The notes under the pieces are model-generated. The model saw only the letters and a list, made by a program, of their open reading frames with translations. It was not told the origin of the DNA and made no database searches. Of a DNA stretch of 64,000 nt, positions 39,171 to 53,211 are shown in pieces; position 1 is the first letter of the stretch, and each line of letters starts with the position of its first letter. Location of the stretch: positions 5,022,001-5,086,000 of the forward strand of contig JAWMAR010000148.1 in NCBI GenBank assembly GCA_036785375.1, in the 5' to 3' direction. Origin of the DNA: Leucoraja ocellata. Taxonomy: Eukaryota. Both the position numbers and the translations under genes were made by a program.

Positions 39171-39484
39171 GATGCATGTTCAAGTGCTTATGCTTTGTAA
39201 AGAAGAATATTTTTGAATTTAAAAGAGAAGTAAATGAGAGATGTAATTGCTAAATAATATTATTTTGTCAATACAGGGGGGTGACTATTGTCCAGAAACG
39301 GAACTGGGTCTTCCATTTAAATACTGTAACTACAGGAGCATTTCACGGGTTGCTTGTCCTGCAGTGAATGACTCGCTTCCTAACACCTCAAAACAATTCA
39401 ACCCATTCAGTTCCACTGCTTAAGAAACTTTAAGCCCTCATGATTGGCATCCCATCCACCACCCTAAACATTCATTCCTTTTCA

Positions 39485-39725
39485 GTTTAGTTTATTATTG
39501 TCACGTATACCAAGGCACAGTGAAAAACTTTTTGTTGCGGTGCTGTCCAGTCAGAGAAAAGACTATACATAATTACAATCAAGCCGTCCACAGTGTACAG
39601 ATACATGATAGAGGATATAACATTTAGTACAAGCTAAAGTCCTATTAATGATAGTACCAAGTTCTCCAATGAGGTTGATGGAAGTCTGGACTGTTCTCTA
39701 GCAGGTGAGAGGACAGATCAGTTAG
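39485..39725 (-). mobile_element. LINE-like 3' tail fragment (duplicate at ~55777-56015)
   Basis: gtttagtttattattgtcacg tail, related to 14125-14335. Confidence 0.55.
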
Positions 39726-40224
39726 CTTTTCTCATTGTGGTTGTATATGTACTGTCTACAGAATGCACTACACTTACCTACCAAGATTCCTTCAACAGCA
39801 TCTCCCAAACCTGCACATTAAGTAGGGCCATGGGGCTTGTTATTGTGCTGTACTGTTCTAATAGCAGTGTGTCCAGGCTAGCACCACCATGCCAGGTCCT
39901 CTCTATGTCTCATGCCTTTTTGACTGGGAAATACATCCATTTATATCACTGGGCCTAAATCCCAGATCTTGCTTTTCAACAGCACCCATGGGAATACCCT
40001 CACTGGAAAGATTGCAGTGGTTCAAGAAGGCAGCTTACTGTCACTTTTAAAGGGCAGTTAGAGATAAGCGTGAAACACAGGCCATGCCATTGGTGCCCAG
40101 ATCCCAGATTTTGACTTTAATGGAGTGCTTTTGATGAGACGTTTCTTTGTACATGTTCAACTATTTATTTATTCTAAATGTTTAATTATAAATATGGTCA
40201 ATTAAAGACACAAATGGAAGATAA

Positions 40225-40377
<153 letters not shown>

Positions 40378-40667
40378 TAAAATTCATCTGAAAAGAACTT
40401 TGTTATTAACTTATCATTTCATAATGGGGTAATATTCCAGTGAAATCAAGGTGGACCTCTTGGTTGATGAACCTATGATTGGTATAACTGGAAGTGTACC
40501 CTTCTGCTCAGTTGAGTGCGAGTGGAACTCACGAACACTAAACTGGTGACTACATTATAATAGGTCAGCACAAACCTGTGAACGTCTCCCACGCTGGGAA
40601 ATGTGATTGATGAATCCACACCAGGTTTTTCTGGCACAACCAAAGCTGGCCCATCAAACAGATGAAA

Positions 40668-40881
40668 TGTGTAGGAAGGAACTGCAGATTCAGGTTACAC
40701 CGAAGATAGACACAAAGTACTGGAGGAACTCAGTGGGACAGGCAGCATCTCTGTAGAAAAGGAATAGGTGATGTTTCGGTGAATAGGTAAAGATGGGTCT
40801 CTACCCGAAATGTCACCAATTCCTTCTCTCCAGAGATGCTGCCTGCCCCACTGAGTTACTCTGGCATTTTGTGCCTACCTT
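40668..40881. mobile_element. Penelope-derived fold-back element (duplicate at ~56960-57172)
   Basis: gtaggaaggaactgcagat terminus and inverted arms. Confidence 0.8.
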
Positions 40882-43800
40882 CTGGCCCATTGAAGTGCAT
40901 GGGAGAAATTGACAGCAGGAGGAAGATTTAGATTTTAATTACTTTTAAACGTATGTACATGATTTTACTACTTATATTTAAGAAGTGATTTTGAATATTT
41001 GTGAATGTCAATTGGGGGCTCTCGTTATCAATGCTGTTCTGACAGCACAGCTGATCACTTGCCCAAGGCCACATCAGTGTACTGGAAGCCGGCTTCCCTG
41101 GAGAAGACTGTGCCCAGGACTGTGCTGGAAGAAACAGCCTGGTTCAGTGTTCAAACAGCGGGTGGCAGTGAAACAACTCTGTCAATAGTTAAGTGAATCC
41201 ACAGCTGTAACAATGTTGTGGAGAGAGGAAAAAAATAGCAGAATGTAAATATGCTGCTTGTCAAACCCAAACCTTAAATCCATACTTTAAGTGTGAAAGT
41301 GTAAATATTCATGAATACATTTTAATGTTGAGTCTGTAAGGCTGGCAAGCAAGTAGTGGATGATTAACGCTAGATTGTGAGAAACAGAGAGGCCACAATT
41401 TAAAGTTGTTTAGACAAGAAGAAAAAGCTTCTGGTTCTTACTGTTTATGACTTGCAGAATGTGCATGAACGGTCAAATAAAGAAATAAACCTTGTATTCA
41501 ATAACTTGGAGTGAATAAACATGCTGGATATGAGGCACTGCACAGAGGAATAACTTGAGAAACATCAGTACCAAGGCTAGATACTAATAGACTGAAAAAC
41601 AAATGGGTATTGGATTAGAAAGGATGAATAAAGAGACATGAATTTGGTACCTAAATTTTTGAATGCAGTGGAATACAAACCTGTTGAAGCCATATAGTGG
41701 GTTCGAAGGAGTCACAAATCGACAAGAGGCAAGAATGCAGCGTTCCGGGGAAGGATGAGGCCGGGCAACAAAATAATGGTGATGCTGGTTATAACTTGGA
41801 CTCTAGTAGTTAATGTCGATCGGGCCATTAAGCTGAACATTTTACATGTGGATAAATCCATGTGTTAGGTCGATTAGCCAGGTGAACACTGGAATAGTTC
41901 ATAGAGGAGTCAGCAAAAGTATGGATAAGGATCCATGTTGCATGTATGAGAGAGATGGTTGATGAAGAGAAAATTTGGTTTTTGAAAGGGCATTCAGATG
42001 CTAACAGTATAGTTTAACCTGAGCGTGCTGGGATGAATCTGTACCAGGTTTTGGAACGATGCAGCCACTGAAGATGAGGTTTATGTGATGTGAGCATTTT
42101 GTGTCAGGATTTTAAGTCTCATCGAAAGCCAAGAATGTAGTAGTGTGATTAAATTTCACATGACATTTGTATGCTGCGGGATCCAACTAGTGAATGTGCT
42201 AACAAGTGTTTGCTGCTTGGGATTATTCTCTTTGACATTTGATGCATGTAAATTTGTACTTTCCAAGTCACCTTTCTTAAAATCAGAAAACTGAGTTTAA
42301 TCATCAAATAACACTTGCACCTGCCACTGAAATACATCATCAGTTGACTTTTTTTTTTCTTTTGCTCCTTGTTGTTTTGTTTGGCCATCAGTACATCATG
42401 CAAACAATTGAACATGATCTCTAAGCTAATGTTACTTATCAAAAAGGTTGAGGTGATGTCCCATGTCTCAAGATGGAGAGTAGTTGCTCTGACCATTTAA
42501 AATGGGTCTCTTTAATCGGAACACATTCTCTTTATGTATTTAACAGATTAAACCTTGTTTAAGATTGTTTGAAAATGGGCAGAAAGTTTAAGTGGCTGAA
42601 CTTTTTTTTTGTTAGAATACCCCAATGCCTTTCTTCTGTCAGGATATTATTGTACGATTGCTGTTCCGTGATGACTTGCTGGAACACATGCACACATAGG
42701 TATGGTCATCAGTGATGTATGGCAGCATTTAATCCATTGACTCTCCGAAAGAGTAGAAATTTAGGTGAAGGTCTGGAGGATGCTACATCAAGAGCATGAA
42801 TCAGAAAATTTACACTGTGAAAGCTACTTAGCCCATCGTGCCTATGCCAGTCAAAGAAGAGCTATAATCCCACCTTCCAGCAGGAGACCCTGTGGCAGGG
42901 TCATCGTTCAATTATATGTTTAATTTCCTCAAAGCAGATTGACAGCTTAATTTACCTAATTAAACCAAATCCTACTTGTGTCCTTGAATTTTGGTATGCC
43001 TTCTGTTTAGCATAGTAAATGCATGTCCCATTGTGTTTATTTTGATCTTCTGCAATGTGTCACCGATAAAGGCAAACATGATAATTTAGTATTAATTAAG
43101 CACTTCAGTTTGCCACTGGAATGCCAACTCTTCTGTGTTATGCCTCTTAGAATCTGCTATATTGTATGTTCCAGAGATTCACAAACTTGATCTTTCTGTA
43201 ATACTTTTTGCATGAAGGTTTCAAAAGATAACTAATGTCTTTGTCTTTAGTGGTTCTTGAGTTCAAGTTCCAACTTTGCAGTCCTTCTCTTCTGACTAAC
43301 AGGCAAAGTTTATGTATGGAAAGGAAAATATTATTTTTGCATAGTTTATAGCCAAAGCCACACGTTTAATACAGTCACATGTAATAGAGGAAGATGTGGA
43401 GCTGCTTATATTTTAGAGCAAGTTGTGCAAACATCAGTTATATGTGAAATAGAGGGAGAAATATCCAAGGAACACCAGGATATCTCCTCTGTACTTTGGT
43501 GCTGTTACATTATTTGTATCCATGTAGGTTGGGCAGCGTCCACTTTAAATGTCTCCTCCTGAAAAAGTGACTGCCCACAGCACTCCCTCTTCCCCCCCCC
43601 CCCCCCCCCCCCAAATCTCATGCTTGAATAACTGTTCAAGTACCTGAATAGGTTATAAAATGTAAATCAGCTGAATCTGGTGAGAATCCTATGACGGAGT
43701 CTTGACAGGTAGAATTTGGACCTTTGAAGCAAGCACCCTCCCACCCCAGTTGTTAGTTTCCATGTGTTTCTGTACATTGCAACACTCGTCATAGTGAATG

Positions 43801-44583
43801 AGGTTGGATTTGCACAAAGGTTGAATCTGACGTGTTCATGGGCATTTATTAAACTTATTGCAAAATCATGATGTACAGAACAGGCCACCACCAATGATCT
43901 GTAACGGGAAATGTAAAAAAAAAGTTGCCAGTTAATTCCTGACCACTGCACCAACTGAAAATAATGTAATGGGAACAGCTTTAATCGTGAACTGTGAAAG
44001 ACAGTGAGATTTCAGTTGTCTGCAAATGTGGTGGTACTGTAGAGTGTTGTTTTCCTCTTTAGAAAAGTTGCTCTTGGTGGCTTTTTTTTCTATAGCCACC
44101 AGAGGAAAAATAATAGCTTCCAATCCAAATGTTCTAAATCTCTGCATCTACTGCAGGGTTTCCCCCACTGCAATCGATACTCCTGCTTAATACATGCACT
44201 ATTTGACAGCATGAAACTGGTTTCATTTGAAGTGTATTAGATTGAGGTAGAATGGGCGTCCTGTATTTTTATTTTTTGCCTTGTTTATTTAACACACCCA
44301 CAAAAATTCCCATCGGCCCTTTTCCTCCACAAAACTCCAAGTTTCATAACTTGCCGTGATGAGGAAGTTAGAAACATCCATTTGGTGTTCCCAAGTAGGA
44401 ATAGGAGAGAAAATGATAATAGGGAAGCAGTCTAGGAATCTTTAATATATTTTATTCCAGTCTTATTTCTCTTTGTTTTGCCTGCTTTTATGTTATATTT
44501 GCATTTTCATTTTTGTTTCTGATCTTGTGTTGATTTTATTGTGATGTCTTCCCCCTCTGAACCCGTGTTCTTGAATTATTTTT

Positions 44584-44783
44584 NNNNNNNNNNNNNNNNN
44601 NNNNNNNNNNNNNNNNNNNNNNNNNNNNNNNNNNNNNNNNNNNNNNNNNNNNNNNNNNNNNNNNNNNNNNNNNNNNNNNNNNNNNNNNNNNNNNNNNNNN
44701 NNNNNNNNNNNNNNNNNNNNNNNNNNNNNNNNNNNNNNNNNNNNNNNNNNNNNNNNNNNNNNNNNNNNNNNNNNNNNNNNNNN
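44584..44783. other. Assembly gap (200 N)
   Basis: Run of exactly 200 N, a round placeholder length. Confidence 0.99.
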
Positions 44784-47700
44784 AGCATTCATCACTGTGG
44801 TGGAAGGCACAAGAAATCATAATAAATGGAATTTTCCAACAACACAGAAAAAGCTGGAATAATGTCAGCGGGTCAGGCACCATCTGTGAAAAGAGAGATA
44901 GTCAATGTTTCAGGTTTGGGACTTTCACCAGAACTGGGAAAAAGATAAACATGTTATTCTAGATAGTGGCGAATATGTGAGAGGGCAATAGGTGGAATAG
45001 AGGGAATTGCCCGATAAGATGTCTGACACTTTAATTTGCCATTCACTTTCACTCCAATCTCAGTCTGTGGTCTCCTCCTCTCTTACAATGAGACCCAAAA
45101 CAAGCTCAAAACACAATGCCTTAACTTTTACCTGCACATATTGCTATTTCTCTAATTTCTTCCATTTTTATTTGAATCAGGATCAGGCATTTTTACCTGT
45201 CATCTCTTTTTCCTTTTTATAAATCAGACTATACAAACATGTTACTCAGCCAAAGATGCTGATCCATCCCCTATTTGCCATTTTTTCCACCATAATCAGA
45301 GATATTCCTATTGTTCCACTGATTGGCCTCCCTTACCTTCTCTACTATCTGGGATAATTGATTTCACGATGTCCGAGTCCGGATGAAAGAACCCAGAACT
45401 GAAACATTAACTGTTTCTCCTTCCATTGGTGCTGCCTGGCCTGTTGAGTATTTACAGTTTGACAACTTTTACATTTCCATTTACAGCATTTCTTTTCTGT
45501 TTCTTAGGGTGGCAAAGTGGCGCTGCTGCCTCACAGCGCCAGAGACCAGGTTTGATCCCGACCACGAAGGCTGTCTGTACCGAGTTTACATGTTTTCCCT
45601 GTGTATTTTCTCCCGCTGTTCCTGTTTCCTCCCACATCCCAAAAACATGCAGGTTTGTAGGTTAATTGATCTCAGTAAATCCTTTGTAAGTCATTGCAGT
45701 TATTGTTGCTATTGCAATATATTTGGTGGAACATCAGGCAGCGACAAAATTGCTCTAAGTTGTGACTTTCTAGAAATGTATAAATTGAAAACAGTTTTGA
45801 TCATCATTGAAAAGACCTTTCAGAATGTTTGACTGGGGGGGGGGGGGGGGGGTGAGAAAATTAGCATGAAAAATGGCAATGCTAACATTTCAACTAAATG
45901 GCATCTTTTTAAGGAAAAACACAAAGTGCTGGAGTAACTCAGTGGGTCATGCAGAAGGTGACGCTTCAGCTCAAGACCCTTCTTCCTTGCAGATGCAAAA
46001 TGCAAAATTAAATACAGCACAGCAACTGGCCTTTCAGTCCAAATGCTGTAGCCAGGGGTTCCCAACCTTTTTCGTCCTGTTTACCCCTGGCAACTTTAAT
46101 AGCACATAATAATGTTATTTCACTTTTTTATGAACAACTAATGATGAACAGATACCAGTATACCAGAACCATACACAGTCAGTCAGTGAGAAAAAATATG
46201 TACAAATCCAGAATCAACAAATTTACCCCCTTAGTAGACAAAATTTACCCCCTGGGGGTAAATTTACCCCAGGTTGGAAACCCTTGCTGCAAGCCATTGT
46301 TTATTTTCTGCAATATGCTCCTTGCATGCCTGATAACCGTGCCCTTTCTAGAATTCTTAACTTTTACTCACTCTCGCTTTGACGTAGACAGTTTCCTTTT
46401 AAATTGTTTCTATGTTTCTTGGCTCTAAGATTCTCCCTTCTCTGGGACTCCCCCTGCTGGCCTTCAAATCACTTTGGGCCATTTTTATTTCCAACTGCCA
46501 GTGTGACATCAACTGTCTTGACTTCCCAACTCCGTTACCCACCCTAATTTCACCCCCTCTGAACGCGCAGCCCCATCATTCACTGAGCAACAATCCAAAC
46601 AGTTGTTAAACCCGCCGATAAGCGAGGTGCCGCTGTGGTCTGGTAGGCTGCCCTCTACAGTGCTGAGGCCAGGCACCAGCTCTCAGACCCCTTGACCAAG
46701 ACTTCACAGACAAACAGCAGGCTATCATCTCCCAAAATGTTTCTAATCTCATCACCTCTGGCGATCTGCTCTCCACAGCCTTCAACCTTATCGTTCCGCA
46801 GCTCCACACTACCAGCTTCTACCTCCTCCCCAGGTTCCACAAACAGGACTGCACTGGCAGACTCGTTGTTTCCGCCTGCTCCTGCCCCAGAGATCTCATG
46901 TCCTTGTACCTTGATTAGATCCTATACCCTCCTTGTTCAGTCCTTTCCCATCTACATCCGAGAAACCTCTCACACCCTTCAACTGCTCAATATTTTATTA
47001 TTTCCATGCCTTCAGGATCACATTTAATAGAATAATATTGCTTAAATATATAGTTATTGGATTTTGCATTTCGAAAAAGTCCCAGCTGAGAGGAAGACAG
47101 CAAAATACTGCAAATATTCGGGGTGGAAAATGACTCCAGGACAGTTTGTTAGGAAAATAAAGGAAATGGTAACATAATACTTATACAGTTGAGTGAGTAT
47201 AATTTTATGGATGAGAAATTGTGTTCAACCAATTGATGACTTCTTTGACAAAGTAACTAGCATGTTAGATAACAAGGAAGCCAATGGATGTACCTAATTT
47301 TGTTATACAAAATTTGGTCTGTGAAGTGCCCCATAAAAGATTACCGCATTAGAAAAGCACCTGTGGACTTGAACGTAATAGGTTAAATCCAGGGGGTCAG
47401 ATATGGGGCTTTATGTGTGGGCCAGATATATTGTCAGTGCAGAGGGGCTAGGAGCAAGGCCAAGTTTGCTCGCTAAATTTCATCAAAAGTCAATAAAGCC
47501 TTACTTTTGATGAAATTCAGCGAGCAAATGCGATAATTTCCGATATTTTGGACCTTTAAATCTCCACGGCAAATGTCTGCTAAGCACTTCCGCTGTTTTT
47601 CCACCTTCAGTTCCCTCTTGTAATTACCTTACTTTCTATCTTTTTTTTTGCCTGAAAATTTAGGTCGCTGTGCTTCACGGTCACCCCGACTAGCACAGAA

Positions 47701-49037
47701 AATTTCAGCTCAAAAATCGGCCTTTCTCCATGTTTTTAACGGGTGTGAAAGTGCGTGTTTCCCCATTCACTAACATGTACCGAAGTGACATATGTCCTCC
47801 AGTTAAATTTTTCGGTCACGTGAGGGGGGATCTACACTCATTTGACCTTTGGTGAAATCACCCTATGGGAGTGTTCAGCACTGGGAACCTAAGCAGATAA
47901 GCAGCTATGATCAGGGTAGAATAGGGGGGCAGGTGTAAGACTGGGCTCAGGGTCAGGAATGAGAGAAGGTATGCAATTGGAGTCAGGGTCAAGAATAGTA
48001 CCAGGTGTGCAGTGAGACCTAGGTTGGTCAACATGGGCCAAGTGTGTTATAATCTGATTTCCATACATGAAAATATTAAGATCATTCATGTGCTGCACCT
48101 GCTGATCAGAGCCTGGCTCTACTGTGGAATGTAATTAGGAATGTAATTTAGCCTAACCTTATTCATAGCTAATCCAATATAAAACATAAATATTGCATTC
48201 AAGTGTAAGTTAAAATGCTCGCTACAGCATGCATCAGATTGCACAATTTCAAGCTGAAAAATGCAAAAGCTCGAACCAATGGCGCTCCCTCGGGCTTGGT
48301 CTGTCGCAATTTCTAACTCCCAATTGCCACCCAATGTTGGCAGCCCTGCTACTTTAAAACCCCTAGCCAAACACTGTCCACCAATATGTGCCAGATATTT
48401 TATGTTACTTTGGTGTCATGCACAAAGATCTTATAGTCATGCACACTTGGCCACTGTGCACACACGAGCCATGACGAAACTAAACAGTGTAAACGTGTTG
48501 CACTCGTGACAGTCCTTGCGCACCTCGTGACATAATCCCAATTAAAATCTCTTTAAAACGTTTGGAAAACTATGACGAATGTAAACGACTGGGTAAGAGT
48601 AGTCTGTCGATTAGGGGAACGTATGCAGTTCATCAAATAAACCAAATCAATTGTGTTATAAGTGAAATGAGTGATTGAATTGACGGAATTTTCGTGGACG
48701 GGTGTCGATTTACACTATGTTATGTCCGTGTCGAACATAACACAACTGATCGCGTCTTGTCAGATGGATATTTCAGAAAAGCTGAACTCGACATTGTTTG
48801 TTAACCAAATAAAAAGCACAACTGTTCGTCTCGTGATTAATAAAGCCTGAAATCATCAATCCCATCCCGGGACTTGCGAGTCTATCATTAAGCATCGCAA
48901 ACAGTAAAATAGAGGCATTAGGAACTCTGGCTGATAGTTTACAAACCATACACACGCACACCCCAAGTGTTGGAGTAACTCAGTGGATTACTCAGCCAAG
49001 TTGCTTAAACCGAGGTAAAGTTGCGAGGGCTCTCTAC

Positions 49038-49093
49038 CTTTCATTTTCTGACACTTGCAAGAACTGCTGCGGCGGCGTGGCGCCGTCCTCCAT
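49038..49093 (-). CDS. GALK2: GALK2 coding exon 1 (copy B)
   Basis: Coding sequence identical to 32474-32529; donor is gtagag instead of gtatag. Confidence 0.8.
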
Positions 49094-50474
49094 CCCTCTT
49101 CCTTGTGGGAGGGGTTCGGTCCTGTCTTGAAACCACCCCCGGCGCTGGTTTCCCTGGTCTGGGGCGAGGAGGAGTCTTACCCTGTTCTGGGATTCCTTCC
49201 CCCGTATCTCCTTGCACAGGGTATGAAAGCACCTTGTAGTGAGATTTCCCCAGGACTGCTCGCACAGCCGAGAGAGAGGAGATAACTTGGCTCGGGATTC
49301 CCCTGGAGGCTCCTTGTCCTGTCGTGGGATCCTTGCACAGCTGAGAGCGAGGAGATGCCCTGTCCTGATCTGATCTGGGATCCCTCCCCCGTAGCTCCTT
49401 GAACGGCCGGGGAGTGTACATACGCTCTACCGTGGCTTGGGACTCCTCCGGCGGCTCCTTGCTCTGCCCTGGACCAGCCTCCTGGCACGGCCGAGGGTGG
49501 GAAGGTGCCCTGTCCTGGCTTGGGATTCCCCTGACGGTTCCTTGCCCGGTCTCTCCGACCCCTTGCCCTGTCCCCACGACTCCTTGACCTGTCCCTCCTC
49601 CAGGCTACTTGCACAGTCGAGGGTGTGCAGACGGCCTGTCCTGCCTTTAGGATTGCCCCTGGCGCCTCCTTGCCCCGTCCCCACTCCCCCTTGCCCCGTC
49701 CCCACTCCCCCTTGCCCCGTCCCCACTCCCCCTTGCCCCGTCCCCACTCCCCCTTGCCCCGTCCCCACTCCCCCTTGTCCCGTCCCCACTCCCCCTTGCC
49801 CCGTCCCCACTCCCCCTTGCCCCGTCCCCACTCCCCCTTGCCCCGTCCCCACTCCCCCTTGCCCTGTCCCCACTCCCCCTTGTCCTGTCCCCACGCCTGG
49901 CTACTTGAACAGACACAGTACAGGGTGTACAGACGCTCTGTCCTGCCTTGGGCTCTCCCCCGGCGGCTCCTTGCTCTGCCCCTACTCCAGGCTACTTGTG
50001 CAGCTGAGGTTATAGAGCCACACTGAGTCCTTGGGCCAGGCTCCCAGATCCGCTCTCCACGGATATCCTGCCAACCGATGCCGGAATTACCCCGGAGAGG
50101 GTGTGAGAAGGAACTGCATATGCTGCTTTACACCCGAGATATGAACACACAATGCTGCAGTAACTCAGCGGGACAGGCAGCATCTCTGGAGATAAAAGAG
50201 AATGGGCGTCATTTCGGGTCGGGACCCTTCTTCAGACTGAGTATTCAGGAACAGGAACAGGAACCATAAACATAAACCCACTGCGCTAAACTCCGTCCGT
50301 CCCCCTTTGCAGATTGTTGTTATTGTTTGACATTTCCCCACAGAAGCCCAGCACAGGCCCCGCTTCCGCCGGGTTGCTAGGGCGTGTGTCACAGGCAGCA
50401 GCTTCCCCCGGTCGATGCCGGGGGGGGGGGGATGGTGAGGGGAGCGCACTCACACACGCCAAACTACTCCCAAG
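49094..50474. promoter_or_regulatory. Shared bidirectional promoter region (copy B)
   Basis: Divergent ATGs 1382 bp apart; GC- and CpG-rich. Confidence 0.72.
49540..49897. repeat. Two-part 21-bp minisatellite (copy B): about 2.7 units, a 71-bp spacer, then about 11 units mostly CCTTGCCCCGTCCCCACTCCC
   Basis: Units counted: 49540-49596 and 49668-49897. Confidence 0.93.
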
Positions 50475-50528
50475 ATGTCTGACATGGAGGATGACTTTAT
50501 GTGCGATGATGAGGAGGACTACGACTTG
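50475..50528 (+). CDS. COPS2: COPS2 exon 1 (copy B)
   Basis: Identical to 33913-33966. Confidence 0.97.
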
Positions 50529-53022
50529 GTATGGCTCTAGTGTCCGCGGTTTACCGCGTAGAATTAGATCTCGTTTTCTTTTGGAGGTAGTTCCTGGCGG
50601 CTGAGAGTGGAGAGGCCGGTTTTCTCCTTCCTCCTGCAGCAGGAGCTGTGGCTGCTGTGTGTGTGAGACCGAGCTCCAACATTTCAACCTTACTACCTGC
50701 AGGCGGAATCTCAGTACGAATTAAAACGCAGCTGAGGTTGATCTGCCTTTCATTTCTTTCAAATCCATACTATTCCGGGTGGTGTTTTAGTTGCTGATTC
50801 CCAGATATCTGGTAACCTTGTGAGACGGGCCTAGCCCGCCGGGTTAGGCCGAAATAGATTGGGCCTATTCTTGTTTCAAGAGACCCAATACTTCAAAATT
50901 ATCTCACAGTGTCTCTTGTACGATTGCTATTAATTCTAATTATGTAGGTTCCAGTACGAAAATTGTGAGTTTCAACGTGTCAGTTGATCTAGGGCCTCAA
51001 TCTACCTGAACATAAATAATGTACTGTGTCTTGTACAATTGTCATTAGTTCTATTCATATTGGTTCTAGTACGAACATTGTGAATCGCCAATGCCATCTC
51101 ATTTAGGGCCTCCTAATTTGCCTTAACATAAATAATGTACGACAACAACCTCTGAATACTTATACTGAAATTGTAATAATAACTAAGTTATTGGTGTTAG
51201 TCTGTAATGTTTTGAAACTGTAGCTCTCTGTCATACATGCATTTGGTACATTTTGTCATATTTATCAAAATGTGTATTTGTCTGTTACATGTGTATTATC
51301 ACATATTCTTTTGAAATCAAAATTAAGCAGTTAATCAAAATTAAATCAAATTTAACTTTTATATAACCTTTCAATGTTTTTATAATTTCAATTAAAATCA
51401 AGTGCTTTTTGCCTTCATAGAATTGATCGTTTTGCAAAATAATAGTAGACAGATTTATGAAAATGAATCTTAATGAATTTGAACAGTGTTAATACGCTAT
51501 CGACATTGTCATTGAATTTTAGGGAAATGTACTCGAACTAGGATTGTGCAAGCTTTATTGACAGCAAAGCAATTTAGTAGTTAATCCATTGATGGAGATT
51601 ATTGTTTATGACATAATCTGTTGAAATCACCACTGTCACAATTCACCTTATGTATATATAGATAAGTTTTGAAAGTCCTAATTCAGGATACACTTTCCAT
51701 GATATTGAGGGTGTAAAATTCAGTAAACATGCAATAGTGTCACAGTTTGGTCGAATCAAATGTTTAATCCAAAACCGGTACAATCTATGAAATTTGCTGC
51801 AGATACAATTTTCATAAGATACTCTTAGAATGTAGTCATTTTGACATCCCAGTCTTTGTGCCCCTCATTTCAAAAGATTAATTGTTTGTTTGAAGGATAT
51901 TTTTAAAATTGGCTTCTATGTGAATATCTGGGGCGAAAAAATTGTATTCTAGGTTTTGTTGTGTAATAATGCAAAGTTTTCAAGGAACTGCCAGTATTTC
52001 ATTTTATGCATTTCACCAGGGGTTCTTTTACCAAGGATTATAACTAATGTTCTTTCATCCATTCTTTATTTGAACGGAATACCTTTCACTCATTAGTTGG
52101 CAAATTTATTTTAATTATTAATCAATGTGCAGTTTCAGGAAGCTAAATCAGTAAAGGTACTATATAGTTATTATTCATTGGTGGTTCTGTTATCTTTCTA
52201 TTTTCACTTTCTAGTGTCGTCAGATGAATATACTTTCTTGCAAAATCCATTTCCACGATACTATGCATACACTGAAGAAAATTGTAAGGAACTGCAGATG
52301 CTGGTTTACACCTAAAATAAACGCAAAATGAATTGAAGGTAGACAAAAATGCTGGAGAAACTCAGCGGGTGCGGCAGCATCTATGGAGCGAAGGAAAAAG
52401 GCAATGTTTCGGGCCGAAACCCTTCTTCAGTCTGAAGAAAGGTTTCGGCCCGAAACGTTGCCTATTTCCCTCGCTCCATAGATGCTGCCGCACCCGTTGA
52501 GTTTCTCCAGCATTTTTGTCTACCTTCGATTTTCCAGCATCTGCAATTCCTTCTTGAACAAAATGAATTGAATTGAATTTAATTTAATTTAATACTTTAT
52601 TGTCACATGTGACAAGGTCACTGTGAAATTCTTTGCTTACATACCCAAAGTATGCAAATAGTAGCCTATCGGTCGGTGCTTACAAAATGCTGGAGTAACT
52701 CAGCTGGTCAGGCAGCATCTCTAGAGAAAGGGAATAGGTGACGTTTTGGGACAAGTCTGATGATAACATTAAGATATTCTTTAAGAGTAGTAACTTTTGA
52801 CGTCCAAGTCGCTTCGGCCCTTTGGGTCTGATGAAGGGTCTCGACCGCAAAAACGTCATCTATCCCTTTTCTCCAGAACCCGCTGATTTACTCCAGCATT
52901 TTGAGTCTAAAATTGTAATCCTAACTTGTTTGAATGTTGAAGCAGAGAGCTGTTAGTTATAACACTTCGTTATAAGGAGTCAATTTATAGTTATTTACAG
53001 TTGGTTATTTCACATGCTCTAA

Positions 53023-53211
<189 letters not shown>

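Noticed and set aside
43593-43612. Poly-C/poly-G tracts (also near 24082 and 29296) and (TA)n near 20814
   Set aside because: Ordinary simple repeats; length differences between copies may be sequencing error.
44493-44883. ORFs containing X runs
   Set aside because: Artefacts of translating the N gap.
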